Shown here: positions 40,085 through 50,378 of the stretch, piece by piece
How the letters are laid out: each line of letters opens with the position of its first letter
Position numbering within the stretch: the stretch's first letter is position 1
Assembly: GCA_020426325.1 (NCBI GenBank)
Contig: JAGQQG010000018.1
Span: forward strand, 1-64,000
DNA from: Planctomycetaceae bacterium
GTDB taxonomy: Bacteria; Planctomycetota; Planctomycetia; Planctomycetales; Planctomycetaceae
DNA: 64,000 nt
Reading direction: 5' to 3'
Made by a program: the position numbers and the translations under genes
Notes under the pieces: generated by a model
Seen by the model: the letters and a program-made list of their open reading frames with translations, nothing else
Told to the model about the DNA's origin: nothing
The model's database searches: none

Positions 40085-42420
40085 TCGTGCTCCCGGTTGC
40101 AACGCTCGTCATCGGGGACCGCAGTTGGTTTGCGCCGGCGGTGTTGACGTTGATCGTCGCCACGCTGTTGCTCGTGATTGCCTATGCACAGACTCGTGCT
40201 GCACGTCGGACTCGTATCTGGGCATTGCTTCCAAAGCTCCTTGCGTTCGTCCTGCTCTCCGCCTGCCTGATCGACCCGCTCTGGACGAGCACTCGTGCCA
40301 AGCCCGGCGAGAACCAGTTTGTGATCCTGGCAGACAACAGCGCCAGTCTCACAATTCAATCCGGCCCGGAGAGCACTCGCGGTCAGATCCTGTCCGCGGT
40401 CCTGACAGATTCGGAATCTGCCTGGCAGACCAGACTCTCGCAGGACTTCGACGTACGCCGTTACACATTCGACACCCGACTGACAAATGTTCCGGACTTC
40501 AACGATCTGAACTTCACAGGAACATCAAGTTCGATCGAATCGGCCTTGTCCACGATCGCTGATCGTTACCAAGGAAGGCCGCTCGCCGGTGTCCTGCTGT
40601 TCACGGATGGGAACTCGACAGATGCTATTGATCAGCTTCAAGATGTGCAGACGCTGCCGCCGGTGTATCCCGTGCTGCCTCCTGCAGGCCAGACGCCTCC
40701 CGATTTGTCCGTGACACAAATCTCAGTCAGCGAGACCGTGTTTGAGGACTCACCGATCACGGTGCAGGCCCAATTGACTGCACATGGACTCGATGGACAG
40801 AACGTCGTTGTGGAACTTCTGGATGAAACCGGAACGGTAGTTGATGAGTCACGACTCACCCTGTCAGGTTCAGAACCGGTTTCGGTCCGGTTTGAGACAC
40901 GTCCCAGCAAGCCGGGGCTGACGTTCTACTCGGTGCAAGTGACACCGGCTGAGGACGGAGTGACGACAGAGGCGACGCTGGAGAACAACAGCCGGACAGT
41001 CGCGGTGAACCGGGAAGGGCGGCCGTATCGTGTGCTCTATGTGGCAGGCCGTCCCAACTGGGAGTATCGCTACCTGCATCGGGCCTTGGATGCCGATCCA
41101 CAGGTCGAACTGGTCAGCCTGATTCGCATCGCCCGCAAGGAAGCCAAATTTGACTTTCGCGGCCGAGACGACGAGTCGAGCAATCCTCTGTTTCGCGGGT
41201 TTGTCAAAGAAGGCGATGAAGAGACGGAGTCGTACGATGAAGCGGTGCTCATCCGCTTGGGGACGAAGGATGAAGCCGAACTTCGTGATGGCTTTCCGAA
41301 AGAGAAGGCACAGCTCTACCAGTATGATGCCCTCCTGCTCGATGATGTTGAGGCAGAGTTCTTCACGCATGACCAGCTGGCCCTGATGGGACAGTTCGTG
41401 TCCGAACGAGGGGGCGGACTGCTGATGCTCGGCGGTGTCGATACGTTTCAGCAGGGTGATTACGCCCACACTCCGGTGGCGGACCTGCTGCCCGTCTACC
41501 TCGATCGCGGTGACGAGATGGGTCCGTCGGTCGGATACCGCCTCTCGCTGAGTCGTGACGGATGGCTGCAACCGTGGATGCGACTCCGACGCAATGAGAC
41601 CGACGAACAGAAACGACTGGCGGACATGCCCGCATTCGGGACCGTCAACCGGATTGAATCAGTGAAGCCCGGAGCACGTGTGATGGCTGTGCTCGAAGGC
41701 CCCAGAGGCGAGTCATATCCTGCGATCGTCGCCCAACGGTACGGGGCAGGGCGTTCACTGGCGGTACTCGTGGGAGATCTGTGGCGATGGAGCCTTCACC
41801 GGGAATCAGGAGCGGAGGATGACCTGGGTAGGACGTGGCGTCAAAGTGTGCGTTGGCTTGTTTCCGATGTCCCCCAGCGATTAACGGCAGAGGTGGTCAC
41901 ACCCCAACAGTCACACGAAGAGGGAGTCAAACTGACAATGCGGGTCCGCGATGCTGAGTTTCAGTCGCAGGAGAATGCGGATCTTCGAATCAATGTGACG
42001 CAGCCGGATGGAAGTTCGATCCAACTGGAATCCACCCCTTCGTTGAATGAGACCGGGTTGTTTGAATCAACATTCGTCCCACAACAGCCGGGAAGTCATC
42101 GGGCCACGGTGACGCTGAGTGACGCCGAAGAAGTAACTCCGCTGACCACGACCGTCGGCTGGACCAGCGATCCGGCAGCGGACGAGTTTCGAGAGATCGA
42201 CATCGACCGCGAGAGGATGGAGGAACTCGCCAAACGAACGGGGGGCGAGGTCGTTGCGGCTGAAGAGTTGGACTCCTTCGTCAACACGCTCCCTACGAGA
42301 CATGCGATCGTCACTGAGACGTTGTCGTCTCCACTGTGGCATCGTTCGTGGATGTTCGGACTCGTGCTCCTCTGCCTCATCGGAGAATGGGGCATCCGAC
42401 GACTGCGGGGTTTGCCATGA
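40081..42420 (+). CDS. BatA-like protein: N-terminal double-transmembrane domain + VWA domain + C-terminal class-I amidotransferase-like domain
   Basis: Two N-terminal TM helices; MIDAS motif ILADNSASL (DxSxS); C-terminal VLYVAGRPNWEY...LLLDDVEAEFF...GGGLLMLGG resembles ThuA/DJ-1-like fold; C-terminal TM anchor. Confidence 0.65.
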   Translation: MIVLPVATLVIGDRSWFAPAVLTLIVATLLLVIAYAQTRAARRTRIWALLPKLLAFVLLSACLIDPLWTSTRAKPGENQFVILADNSASLTIQSGPESTRGQILSAVLTDSESAWQTRLSQDFDVRRYTFDTRLTNVPDFNDLNFTGTSSSIESALSTIADRYQGRPLAGVLLFTDGNSTDAIDQLQDVQTLPPVYPVLPPAGQTPPDLSVTQISVSETVFEDSPITVQAQLTAHGLDGQNVVVELLDETGTVVDESRLTLSGSEPVSVRFETRPSKPGLTFYSVQVTPAEDGVTTEATLENNSRTVAVNREGRPYRVLYVAGRPNWEYRYLHRALDADPQVELVSLIRIARKEAKFDFRGRDDESSNPLFRGFVKEGDEETESYDEAVLIRLGTKDEAELRDGFPKEKAQLYQYDALLLDDVEAEFFTHDQLALMGQFVSERGGGLLMLGGVDTFQQGDYAHTPVADLLPVYLDRGDEMGPSVGYRLSLSRDGWLQPWMRLRRNETDEQKRLADMPAFGTVNRIESVKPGARVMAVLEGPRGESYPAIVAQRYGAGRSLAVLVGDLWRWSLHRESGAEDDLGRTWRQSVRWLVSDVPQRLTAEVVTPQQSHEEGVKLTMRVRDAEFQSQENADLRINVTQPDGSSIQLESTPSLNETGLFESTFVPQQPGSHRATVTLSDAEEVTPLTTTVGWTSDPAADEFREIDIDRERMEELAKRTGGEVVAAEELDSFVNTLPTRHAIVTETLSSPLWHRSWMFGLVLLCLIGEWGIRRLRGLP

Positions 42421-43484
42421 GGTTCCGTGACAGAATCCGTGTTGCCGCAATGAGCCTGTTGCTGTTGGCGATCGGGCAGGCCTCCGCCTCGGACACTCCG
42501 GAGACCGCTTCGCGGGCCACGTTGATTCTCGTTCAGGGAGCACCGGGAACCGATCAGTATGCCCGCATGTTTGACGAGTGGTCACAGCAATGGAAAGCCG
42601 CAGCCGAACTGGGAGACGTCACGGTTCATGACATCGGCAGCGACGTGGAACCTTCACCCAAAGACGTCCTGCAGCAGGTCATCGTTGAGGCATCTCAAGA
42701 GCACGAGCGTCCGCTGTGGATTGTCCTCATCGGACATGGCACCTTTGATGGGAGAGCTGCCAAGTTCAATCTGACGGGTCCGGACGTCTCTGCTAAGGAA
42801 CTTGCTGAGTGGCTGGAACAGACCCGGCGACCGCTGGCGATTGTCAATTGTGCCTCAGCCAGTTCCCCCTTTGTCGACCAACTCTCGCTAACAGGACGAG
42901 TGGTCATCACGGCAACGCGAAGTGGCAGCGAAGTCAACTTCACTCGTTTCGGAGGCTTCATTGCGAACGCAATTGGCGATATCTCGTCTGATCTCGACAA
43001 GGACGGACAGGTGTCGCTGCTGGAAGCGTTTCTGACTGCGTCGCGACAGACGACCGCAGACTACGAAGGGCTTGGACAACTGGTCACCGAGCACGCCCTG
43101 CTCGACGACACTGGCGATGCCCGTGGCACGACGGCCGACTTCTTCGAGGGAATCAGGCCGGTGAAGATTCCGGAACGGGGCGAGACACTCGACGGGCATG
43201 TGGCTCATCAATGGCATCTGATCCCCAGCGACGAGGAACGCCGTTTCCCTGACGAGTTACGCCCGCGCCGTGATGAACTGGAACTGGAGATCGCACTGCT
43301 GCGCGATCGGAAGTCAGAGATGGAAGAAGACGCGTATTACTCTTCGCTGGAGTTGCTCCTCGTTGAACTTGCCAGACTGTACGAACAGGCTGACGGTGCC
43401 TCTCAGAATAATCCATCTACGCTTGATGATCTTCCTCCCGGTGAGGCGGAAAGCGAAACGCGGGAGGAGAATCCCGCTCGTTGA
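42417..43484 (+). CDS. Secreted protein, possible clan CD (legumain/caspase-like) peptidase fold
   Basis: ATG 42417 overlaps upstream stop (ATGA); signal peptide MRFRDRIRVAAMSLLLLAIGQASA; hydrophobic strand + HG (WIVLIGHG) and hydrophobic strand + Cys (LAIVNCASAS) spaced 39 aa apart, as in His/Cys dyads of clan CD peptidases. Confidence 0.45.
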   Translation: MRFRDRIRVAAMSLLLLAIGQASASDTPETASRATLILVQGAPGTDQYARMFDEWSQQWKAAAELGDVTVHDIGSDVEPSPKDVLQQVIVEASQEHERPLWIVLIGHGTFDGRAAKFNLTGPDVSAKELAEWLEQTRRPLAIVNCASASSPFVDQLSLTGRVVITATRSGSEVNFTRFGGFIANAIGDISSDLDKDGQVSLLEAFLTASRQTTADYEGLGQLVTEHALLDDTGDARGTTADFFEGIRPVKIPERGETLDGHVAHQWHLIPSDEERRFPDELRPRRDELELEIALLRDRKSEMEEDAYYSSLELLLVELARLYEQADGASQNNPSTLDDLPPGEAESETREENPAR

Positions 43485-43496
43485 CTGCCCGCTCTT

Positions 43497-45164
43497 CTAT
43501 GGTGCTGCCATCAGTTGACGAATCTGGTCGGCATTCTTTGCGACTTGTTCGATGCGAAGGTCGCAGAGTTGGCCGTAGAAGTGATCTGTCGTCCCGAATC
43601 CGATCCGAAGCGGTTGTGAGTTGGTGAGATTGAAATCGTCCGGAGCGAAAGTGGTCGATGTCGAAACGAAGTCGCCGTCGATGTAGAGCTTAAGTCGATC
43701 TTTCTCCCGGACGGCTGCGATGTGATGCCAGCCAGATGGCAGTGCACGGTCACAGGTTACGTTGCGACCGACTTCGACCGAGTGCACATGCCCGGAAGGG
43801 AGCACTCCCGCAAACAGCCGCCCCTGAAAGACTGACATCGTCCACACACGTCGATATTGCACGTCGGGAGTCCAATCGAGGCGAGCAACTTTTGTCCACG
43901 ATGGTGGAGTCTGTCCGCCTGTCGCCTCATCAAAGCGGTAGACCTCCGCCGTAGGTAACGTACCTCCGTACATCTTGCCGTTGTAGACAACCAGGGGCAT
44001 CGTCTCTTTTTCGTCGCCGAGTTGACCAACGTCGTTCCAGACCGTGTCGCCGCCAGATCGAAAGACTTTGGCATTCGGCCACTCGCTCACGTAAAGATCG
44101 TCACGATAAGTCGCGAAGCCGTAGGTTTGTGACGCCCCTTCGATGACTCCCAGATGCTCCCAGAATTCGCCGTCGTAACGATAGACGGCCCCCTGATCAT
44201 AACCCGATGCGTAGATGTGTCCGTTATAGACCGTGAGGGATTCGACCCGCTTGCCATCGGGAACCCCGCAGGATGTCCACTCGGTGCCTCTCTCGTAACG
44301 GAAGAATCCGGCGGGGGCATACAGCGAACCAGCGTACAGCTTGCCGTTGTACACCACCATCCCATTGATGCCCTCGGTCTCAGGGAGTTGACCACAGCTG
44401 GTCCATTGATGGTCGCCGTCGTATCGATAGACGGTCCCCCCAAGATGTGGGTTCTCGGACTCCGCGAGTGCAGAACCTCGCAGCCTGTATTTGCTGACAC
44501 CCACGTAGAGATGACCGTCATACACCACGAGTGACGAAACCGAGTTGCAGCGGTCCGGGGCACCACAATCGGTCCACTCGTCGCCGTCAAAGCGGAAGAC
44601 GCGGCCGGCCTCGTTCTCACCTGCTTCACAAGTTCCAGCGAACAGCTGCCCGTCGAAGACCGCCATCCCGAAAATCAGAATGGCGTTCCCCAGGCGCCCG
44701 TGATCGGTCCAATCGCCGGGCGTGCTCCCGTTGTCGATGCCGAAGTGAACATTCCGCCAATTCGCCTGACTGGACGTCACCCCCGGTCGGCTGTCAATCC
44801 CCAGACGGAAGCCTGTCCGGGTCGACGCGTCATACTGGCTGAGAATTTCTCCCGGCAGGTCGCCCGTGGCATCGTCCACGTTCACCCAGACTGCGATCGT
44901 GAAGTCATCCGTTCCAAGAGCTGGAGAGACGCCGGACGGAATCTCGATCTGGGACGTGACGCCATTGAACTTTGCAACGTGAGAAGTCGTACCGTGCGGA
45001 CCATTCTCACCGAGATCGACATCATGTGAATACGAACGGAGTTGTTCGTCGAAGAGACTGCCTCCGATTTCGACCGAATCGATCAGGAACTCGCCAGCGA
45101 CAGCGCCTGACACCATTCCCAGGATGAGCAACATCAAGCACAAGGCGGAGCAGAGAGTTTTCAT
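43497..45164 (-). CDS. Secreted LamG/concanavalin-like domain protein with inserted beta-propeller repeats
   Basis: Signal peptide MKTLCSALCLMLLILGMVSGAVAG; N-terminal LamG half (KFNGVTSQIEIPSG...DFTIAVWVN) and C-terminal LamG half (WHHIAAVREKDRLKLYIDGDF...LRIGFG) separated by ~6 repeats of the VYRYDGD.W..CG type. Confidence 0.55.
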   Translation of the reverse strand: MKTLCSALCLMLLILGMVSGAVAGEFLIDSVEIGGSLFDEQLRSYSHDVDLGENGPHGTTSHVAKFNGVTSQIEIPSGVSPALGTDDFTIAVWVNVDDATGDLPGEILSQYDASTRTGFRLGIDSRPGVTSSQANWRNVHFGIDNGSTPGDWTDHGRLGNAILIFGMAVFDGQLFAGTCEAGENEAGRVFRFDGDEWTDCGAPDRCNSVSSLVVYDGHLYVGVSKYRLRGSALAESENPHLGGTVYRYDGDHQWTSCGQLPETEGINGMVVYNGKLYAGSLYAPAGFFRYERGTEWTSCGVPDGKRVESLTVYNGHIYASGYDQGAVYRYDGEFWEHLGVIEGASQTYGFATYRDDLYVSEWPNAKVFRSGGDTVWNDVGQLGDEKETMPLVVYNGKMYGGTLPTAEVYRFDEATGGQTPPSWTKVARLDWTPDVQYRRVWTMSVFQGRLFAGVLPSGHVHSVEVGRNVTCDRALPSGWHHIAAVREKDRLKLYIDGDFVSTSTTFAPDDFNLTNSQPLRIGFGTTDHFYGQLCDLRIEQVAKNADQIRQLMAAP

Positions 45165-45389
45165 CACTCGTGAGTTGTCCGTGTTCGAGGCGGAAGAAGA
45201 GAAGTGCAACGCGGTTCAGATCAGACCCCGATCCTGATCTGAACCGTCGTCAGGATCAAGGCTGACGCCCAAACTCATCTCGGGAAATGACGCTGACACA
45301 GGAGTTGCGGTTTTCATTCGTGGATGAATCGTTCATACTGTGTCAACGACACCATCAAGCAGAACTGCTGATCGCTGGGAGGTGATTCG

Positions 45390-46712
45390 ATGCTGACTCT
45401 GTGGGGCGACCGGCAAGGTCGACTATGCGACGGGACATCACGACGCAGCTTCCTCCGCACGGGAGCACTCGGACTCGGGGGGCTCTCGCTCGCTGACCTC
45501 CTGCGACTGAAAGCTCAGGCAGACACATCAGCTTCAACCTCCGGGACCTCGGTGATCTTTATCGAACTGGCTGGAGGTCCATCCCAATTCGAGACGTACG
45601 ATCCCAAGCCACGTGCTCCGGTCGAATACCGCGGCCCCATGTCTGCAATCGCAACGAGTCTGCCGGGAGAGCAATTCTGTGAAACCCTGCCACGACAGGC
45701 GGTCATGCTCGATAAGCTGACGGTCATTCGATCGATTCGGCACAGCAAGAGTTCACATGACCCATCCAGTCATCTGACCCAGACTGGCTACTACAAGACT
45801 GGGCAGAAGGGGGGACCGAGCCAGATGCCCTGCTTCGGTTCGGTGATCGGTAAGACTCGGGGCCCGAATGCTCCTTCCATGCCGCCATACGTCGCGGTGC
45901 CGACGATCATGCGGAACGGAGGGGCCGCCCATCTGGGACGGGGCTATGAACCGTTTCAGACAGCTGGAGATCCGAATGATCCGAAGTTTCAGGTCAAGAA
46001 CCTTTCTCTCTCTGAAAGCGTGACATTCGATCGGCTTGACGACCGCCGCTCGCTCCAAACTGCACTCGATCGACAGCGTCAGCTTGTCGACCTGGACGGG
46101 TCGGCCGTGGCCCTTGATGAATTCAAACGACAGGCCTTTGATCTCGTCACCAGCCCACAGGCCCGCAATGCCTTTGACATCTCGCAGGAGAGTGACCAAT
46201 GCCGAGATCGCTACGGTCGCAGTACTGTTGGACAAAGTATGCTGTTGGCCCGGCGACTGGTTGAGAGTGGTGTCACGTGTGTGACGGTACGAGTGACCGG
46301 GTGGGATGACCACACCAGCCTCGTCAAAAGACTCCGACCGCGGGCCGCTCAATATGATCAGGGACTTGCCGCTCTGGTCGAGGACCTGCATGAACGCAGC
46401 ATGCAGGACGACGTGCTGATCATCGCGATGGGCGAGTTCGGCCGGACTCCTCGATTCAACAAGAACAAAGGTCGCGACCATTGGGGCTCTCTGATGAGCG
46501 TCCTGCTGTCCGGCGGCGGACTGAAGCCCGGCATCTTCGGAGCATCCAACTCCAAGGGGGAAGTCCCCGTCGAGATGGAGTATCGACCAGAGAACGTCCT
46601 GGCCATGTTGTACCGCCATCTGGGCATTGATCCATCAATGTCATTTCCCGACTTCTCCGGGCGTCCCCGTTACCTGCTCGAGGAACGGGAACTGATCCAC
46701 GAGATCATCTGA
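45390..46712 (+). CDS. DUF1501 domain protein (sulfatase-like fold) with twin-arginine signal
   Basis: Tat motif SRRSFLRTGALGLGG; DUF1501 family features along its length; RBS GGGAGGTGA. Confidence 0.8.
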   Translation: MLTLWGDRQGRLCDGTSRRSFLRTGALGLGGLSLADLLRLKAQADTSASTSGTSVIFIELAGGPSQFETYDPKPRAPVEYRGPMSAIATSLPGEQFCETLPRQAVMLDKLTVIRSIRHSKSSHDPSSHLTQTGYYKTGQKGGPSQMPCFGSVIGKTRGPNAPSMPPYVAVPTIMRNGGAAHLGRGYEPFQTAGDPNDPKFQVKNLSLSESVTFDRLDDRRSLQTALDRQRQLVDLDGSAVALDEFKRQAFDLVTSPQARNAFDISQESDQCRDRYGRSTVGQSMLLARRLVESGVTCVTVRVTGWDDHTSLVKRLRPRAAQYDQGLAALVEDLHERSMQDDVLIIAMGEFGRTPRFNKNKGRDHWGSLMSVLLSGGGLKPGIFGASNSKGEVPVEMEYRPENVLAMLYRHLGIDPSMSFPDFSGRPRYLLEERELIHEII

Positions 46713-46906
46713 GGTCTCGTCGTGCACCTGGCGATCTACGAACGCTCGCTAAACGTGGGGTATATCTGCGATTAGCCGACGATTCCAGATCGGTGTCTTG
46801 CCATGCCTCGGCACGATTGCTGCCATCCACTGGCCTTTGGGTAGTTCTTATGGGGATGCAGCGATATCCTCGTCTTGAATTGCATCCCCTGTTGGAGTCA
46901 TCGCTG

Positions 46907-48415
46907 ATGCGCATCGGTCTGCTCTTGCTTGCTCTACTTCCGTTCACCTCGACTGCTGAACTCTCTGCAAATGAACCGATCGACATCGGCTCACGTCGGG
47001 AGTTGTTTGTTGATTCCGCATTGATCGACCAGATGAATGGGCAGGCCGAACTCAGGCTGCATCATCCCACACCGCGAGAGATCGCGATTCAGTTTGATCA
47101 GCCCTGGGAAGGAAATGCGAGCGGCTATCCCACGGTCATTCAGGATGGCGACCTTTACCGGATGTACTACCGTGGGCATGCCTACATCATTGACGACCCG
47201 CCATTGAAGCAGGCGCAGTCGGAGGTTGTCTGCTATGCCGAAAGCAGCGATGGTATTCACTGGACGAAGCCCAATCTGGGTCTGTTCGATTGGCCCGGGT
47301 CACCCGAGAACAACATCATCTGGCGCGGAGGCCCAGAGACACACAACTTCGCTCCTTTCATCGACACCAACCCCGGCTGCCCTCCCGCGCAGCGATTCAA
47401 AGCCATCGGAGGTACTATTACGAGTAAGGGATTGCTGACGTTTCAATCGGCGGACGGCATCCACTGGAAACCTCTGAGTGATGGACCGGTCGTGACCAAG
47501 GGGGCCTTCGATTCTCACAATACGGCCTTCTGGGACCCTGATCATCACCGCTACTCGATGTACGTGCGGTACTTCAGTGAAGACCAGTTCAAAGGGTTGC
47601 GATCGATTGGGATGTGTCACTCGGATGACTTTGAACACTGGTCCGAGCCGGTCGGATTGGAGTATCCGGATTCGCCACCTCAGCAGATGTATACGAATCA
47701 GATCGCTCCATACTATCGCGCCCCGCATGTACTGTTCGGATTCCCAACCCGGTATGTTGCAAAGCCACTCACTGACTTCGTGCAGACGCTTCCGCCGGTT
47801 GAACTTCGTACGACCCTCATCGCCGCTGACGAGCGCGTGGGGACGGACCTGACCGACGGCTTGTTCATGTCGAGTCGTGACGGACTGACGTTCCACCGCT
47901 GGGACGAAGCGTTTCTTCGCCCTGGGCCGGAAGCCGAGGGTCGCTGGATTTATGGGGACAACTATCAAAGCTATGGACTCTTCGAGACGCAGGCCGATCA
48001 GCCGGGGCTCCCCAATGAGATCTCTCTGCACTTTGACGAGGGAGCCTGGCGTGATTCGAGACGCGTCCGTCGCTACTCCATCCGGCTGGATGGGTTCGTC
48101 TCGCTGCATGCTCCGTACGCGGGGGGTGAGGTGACGACGAAACTGCTGACATTCAACGGGAATCAGTTGTCGCTGAACTACACGACATCCGCCGCCGGCA
48201 GTCTGCGTATCGAGATTCAGGACGCGGAGGGTCAGCCGATCGAAGGCTTCACCCTTAACGATTCGGCCGAGATGTTCGGCGACTCGACCCAGCAGATCGC
48301 ACAATGGTCCAGCGGGAGTAACCTCAGCGGTCTCTCAGGACAACCGGTGCGTCTGCGGTTTGTCCTCAAGGACGGAGACCTTTACTCATATCGTTTTGAA
48401 ACTCACGACAGGTAG
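46907..48415 (+). CDS. Secreted Asp-box (BNR) beta-propeller glycosidase-like protein
   Basis: Signal peptide MRIGLLLLALLPFTSTAELSA; Asp-box motifs SSDGIHWTKP and SADGIHWKPL; YRMYYRG block. Confidence 0.55.
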   Translation: MRIGLLLLALLPFTSTAELSANEPIDIGSRRELFVDSALIDQMNGQAELRLHHPTPREIAIQFDQPWEGNASGYPTVIQDGDLYRMYYRGHAYIIDDPPLKQAQSEVVCYAESSDGIHWTKPNLGLFDWPGSPENNIIWRGGPETHNFAPFIDTNPGCPPAQRFKAIGGTITSKGLLTFQSADGIHWKPLSDGPVVTKGAFDSHNTAFWDPDHHRYSMYVRYFSEDQFKGLRSIGMCHSDDFEHWSEPVGLEYPDSPPQQMYTNQIAPYYRAPHVLFGFPTRYVAKPLTDFVQTLPPVELRTTLIAADERVGTDLTDGLFMSSRDGLTFHRWDEAFLRPGPEAEGRWIYGDNYQSYGLFETQADQPGLPNEISLHFDEGAWRDSRRVRRYSIRLDGFVSLHAPYAGGEVTTKLLTFNGNQLSLNYTTSAAGSLRIEIQDAEGQPIEGFTLNDSAEMFGDSTQQIAQWSSGSNLSGLSGQPVRLRFVLKDGDLYSYRFETHDR

Positions 48416-48492
48416 TACCCTCTGTACGACTTCCCCGAGCCGACATCTCGAATGTCGGTCATTTCGAGATTCTCCCAACGATCGACCGTTCC

Positions 48493-49527
48493 ATGTTGCT
48501 CCATCGCCCACTTCGACTGAAACTCATTGTCGCTGCTCTTTGTCTGAACTTTGTGCACGGTCAAGCACTGTTGGCTGAGAAACCAACGCCCGATTGGGTG
48601 CGGGTCACGGACGAGGCAGAATGGCAGCCGCGTGATTCACAGGGGGAACTGGTCTACGACGGAAAGCTTTGGATCTTCGGCGGGTGGTTCGACTCCTACG
48701 AAGCACCGCCGCGCGACGTCTGGAGTTCTGCGGATGGCAAGTCCTGGCAGCTGGTCGAGAAATCCGCTCCCTGGAAGCACAGCGATCTGTCGATGTCGGT
48801 GACGTTCCATGATCGCATGTGGTTCATGGGTGGCTGGTACAACGGTCGGCTGCCCGGTCATTCCGCGAGTAACATGGTCTGGTCTTCAAACGATGGAGTG
48901 AAGTGGGATCAGGAGACGGATAACGCAGGCTGGTCTCCGCGACTCGCGTCTGCCCTTGTCGTCCATGAAGACAAGATGTGGATTCTTGGCGGCACTGAGA
49001 ACTACTACTTCGGAGATGACAGCAGTCTCAGGAATGATGTCTGGTCTTCAACCAATGGCAAAGAGTGGACGCTTGTGACCGACTCTGCTGCGTGGGCGCC
49101 TCGGGCCTATCATCAGGCAGCGGTACTCAATGGTCGAATCTATGTGTTCGGCGGAGGCAATTACGTGCCCGAGTATCAGGCTTTGAATGACGTCTGGAGC
49201 TCGGCCGATGGTGTGACCTGGCGACTCGAAACCGAAGCGGCTCCGTGGAGTCCACGCCTGTGGTTCTCTTCAGCCGTCTATCGGGACCATATCTGGGTCA
49301 TCGGCGGCTGGTCGAACAATCCCTCCACCAACCTGGGGGACGTGTGGTACTCCAAAGACGGCAAGTCCTGGAAGCAGTTCGAATCGAAGGTTCAATGGAA
49401 AGAACGGCACGAACATTCGGTGTTCGTGTTTCAGGACAAACTCTGGGTCGTCGGGGGCCACGCTCGTCCGCTGGACAATGATGTCTGGTCAATCCAGATC
49501 GACAAGGACTGGTTCGGGGAGGATTGA
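48493..49527 (+). CDS. Secreted six-bladed beta-propeller repeat protein (Kelch-like tandem repeats)
   Basis: Signal peptide; six tandem ~48-aa repeats each with DVWSS.DG..W......APW..R......V.......W##GG. Confidence 0.7.
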   Translation: MLLHRPLRLKLIVAALCLNFVHGQALLAEKPTPDWVRVTDEAEWQPRDSQGELVYDGKLWIFGGWFDSYEAPPRDVWSSADGKSWQLVEKSAPWKHSDLSMSVTFHDRMWFMGGWYNGRLPGHSASNMVWSSNDGVKWDQETDNAGWSPRLASALVVHEDKMWILGGTENYYFGDDSSLRNDVWSSTNGKEWTLVTDSAAWAPRAYHQAAVLNGRIYVFGGGNYVPEYQALNDVWSSADGVTWRLETEAAPWSPRLWFSSAVYRDHIWVIGGWSNNPSTNLGDVWYSKDGKSWKQFESKVQWKERHEHSVFVFQDKLWVVGGHARPLDNDVWSIQIDKDWFGED

Positions 49528-49711
49528 ATCAATCACGTAATGATGATTCTTCATCACTTCGTGCTGGTTTGTCCTGTCCACGTCTGGTAGCATCTGAGCT
49601 TCAGGTTCATGACGGGCACGCGTCGATCGTGAGCGCCTCCCCGCAGTAGGTCGGATAGATCTCGTCGAAGACCTAGTTCGTCCCCCCGTTCCTATTTCGA
49701 GGAGGAAAACG

Positions 49712-50347
49712 ATGAGACTTGGAATTTCTATGGCCCTTCTGGCCGGAGTCTTTGGGCTGTCTGCTGCAGACGTTCGGGCAGACAATCCTTACGGAACCCC
49801 GCGGCAGTATTACTCAGACTATACCTACGTCCCGAGTCACGGGTATGGCTATCGAACGTATTACTTCAAGCCCACGGAGTCGTACGCAGGGTACAAGCAT
49901 CACTATGTGATCTATCCGCAAAACGACCAGCAGCACGGCTACTACTACAATCCGGAGACGCAGACGTACTGGGGTCGGTGCCCGTCACAGTGCCACGGCG
50001 AGCCGCTGTATTCGCTGCTTCGTCCAGTACACCGTCAGGGAGTGTTGAGTCAGATCCCGCAGAATCAATTCCCGGCTCCAGGGGCTCTGCCGACGATCCC
50101 GGGTGCCACAGATAACACGACGCTGGATCTCGCACCGGACAATACTCCGGTAGTTCCACCCGCGGCTGCAGGTGCTCCGGGAACTCCGCCGGAGACTCCC
50201 CCCGCGGTCGTGAATCCACCCGCATCGGGTGTTGGACAGGGCCCGGGTGACCCGCCGCCGCCGGGCATCCCGACAACGACCGCTCCGCCTCCGGATGCTC
50301 CCCCGGCAGAAGCAGCCGCAGTTCCGATCGCTGCTGCCGGTCAATAA
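49712..50347 (+). CDS. Secreted Tyr-rich/Pro-rich low-complexity protein
   Basis: RBS GAGGAGG; signal peptide MRLGISMALLAGVFGLSAADVRA; Y-rich N-terminal half, PPxxP-rich C-terminal half. Confidence 0.5.
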   Translation: MRLGISMALLAGVFGLSAADVRADNPYGTPRQYYSDYTYVPSHGYGYRTYYFKPTESYAGYKHHYVIYPQNDQQHGYYYNPETQTYWGRCPSQCHGEPLYSLLRPVHRQGVLSQIPQNQFPAPGALPTIPGATDNTTLDLAPDNTPVVPPAAAGAPGTPPETPPAVVNPPASGVGQGPGDPPPPGIPTTTAPPPDAPPAEAAAVPIAAAGQ

Positions 50348-50378
50348 TGGCATCATCGGAGATCGATGAGTACGATCT

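Noticed and set aside
40572-40583. Isolated CCGCTCGCC 9-mer identical to the TIR of the in-frame elements
   Set aside because: No partner GGCGAGCGG within 200 bp and no shared subterminal sequence; a single 9-mer match is expected by chance in 64 kb.
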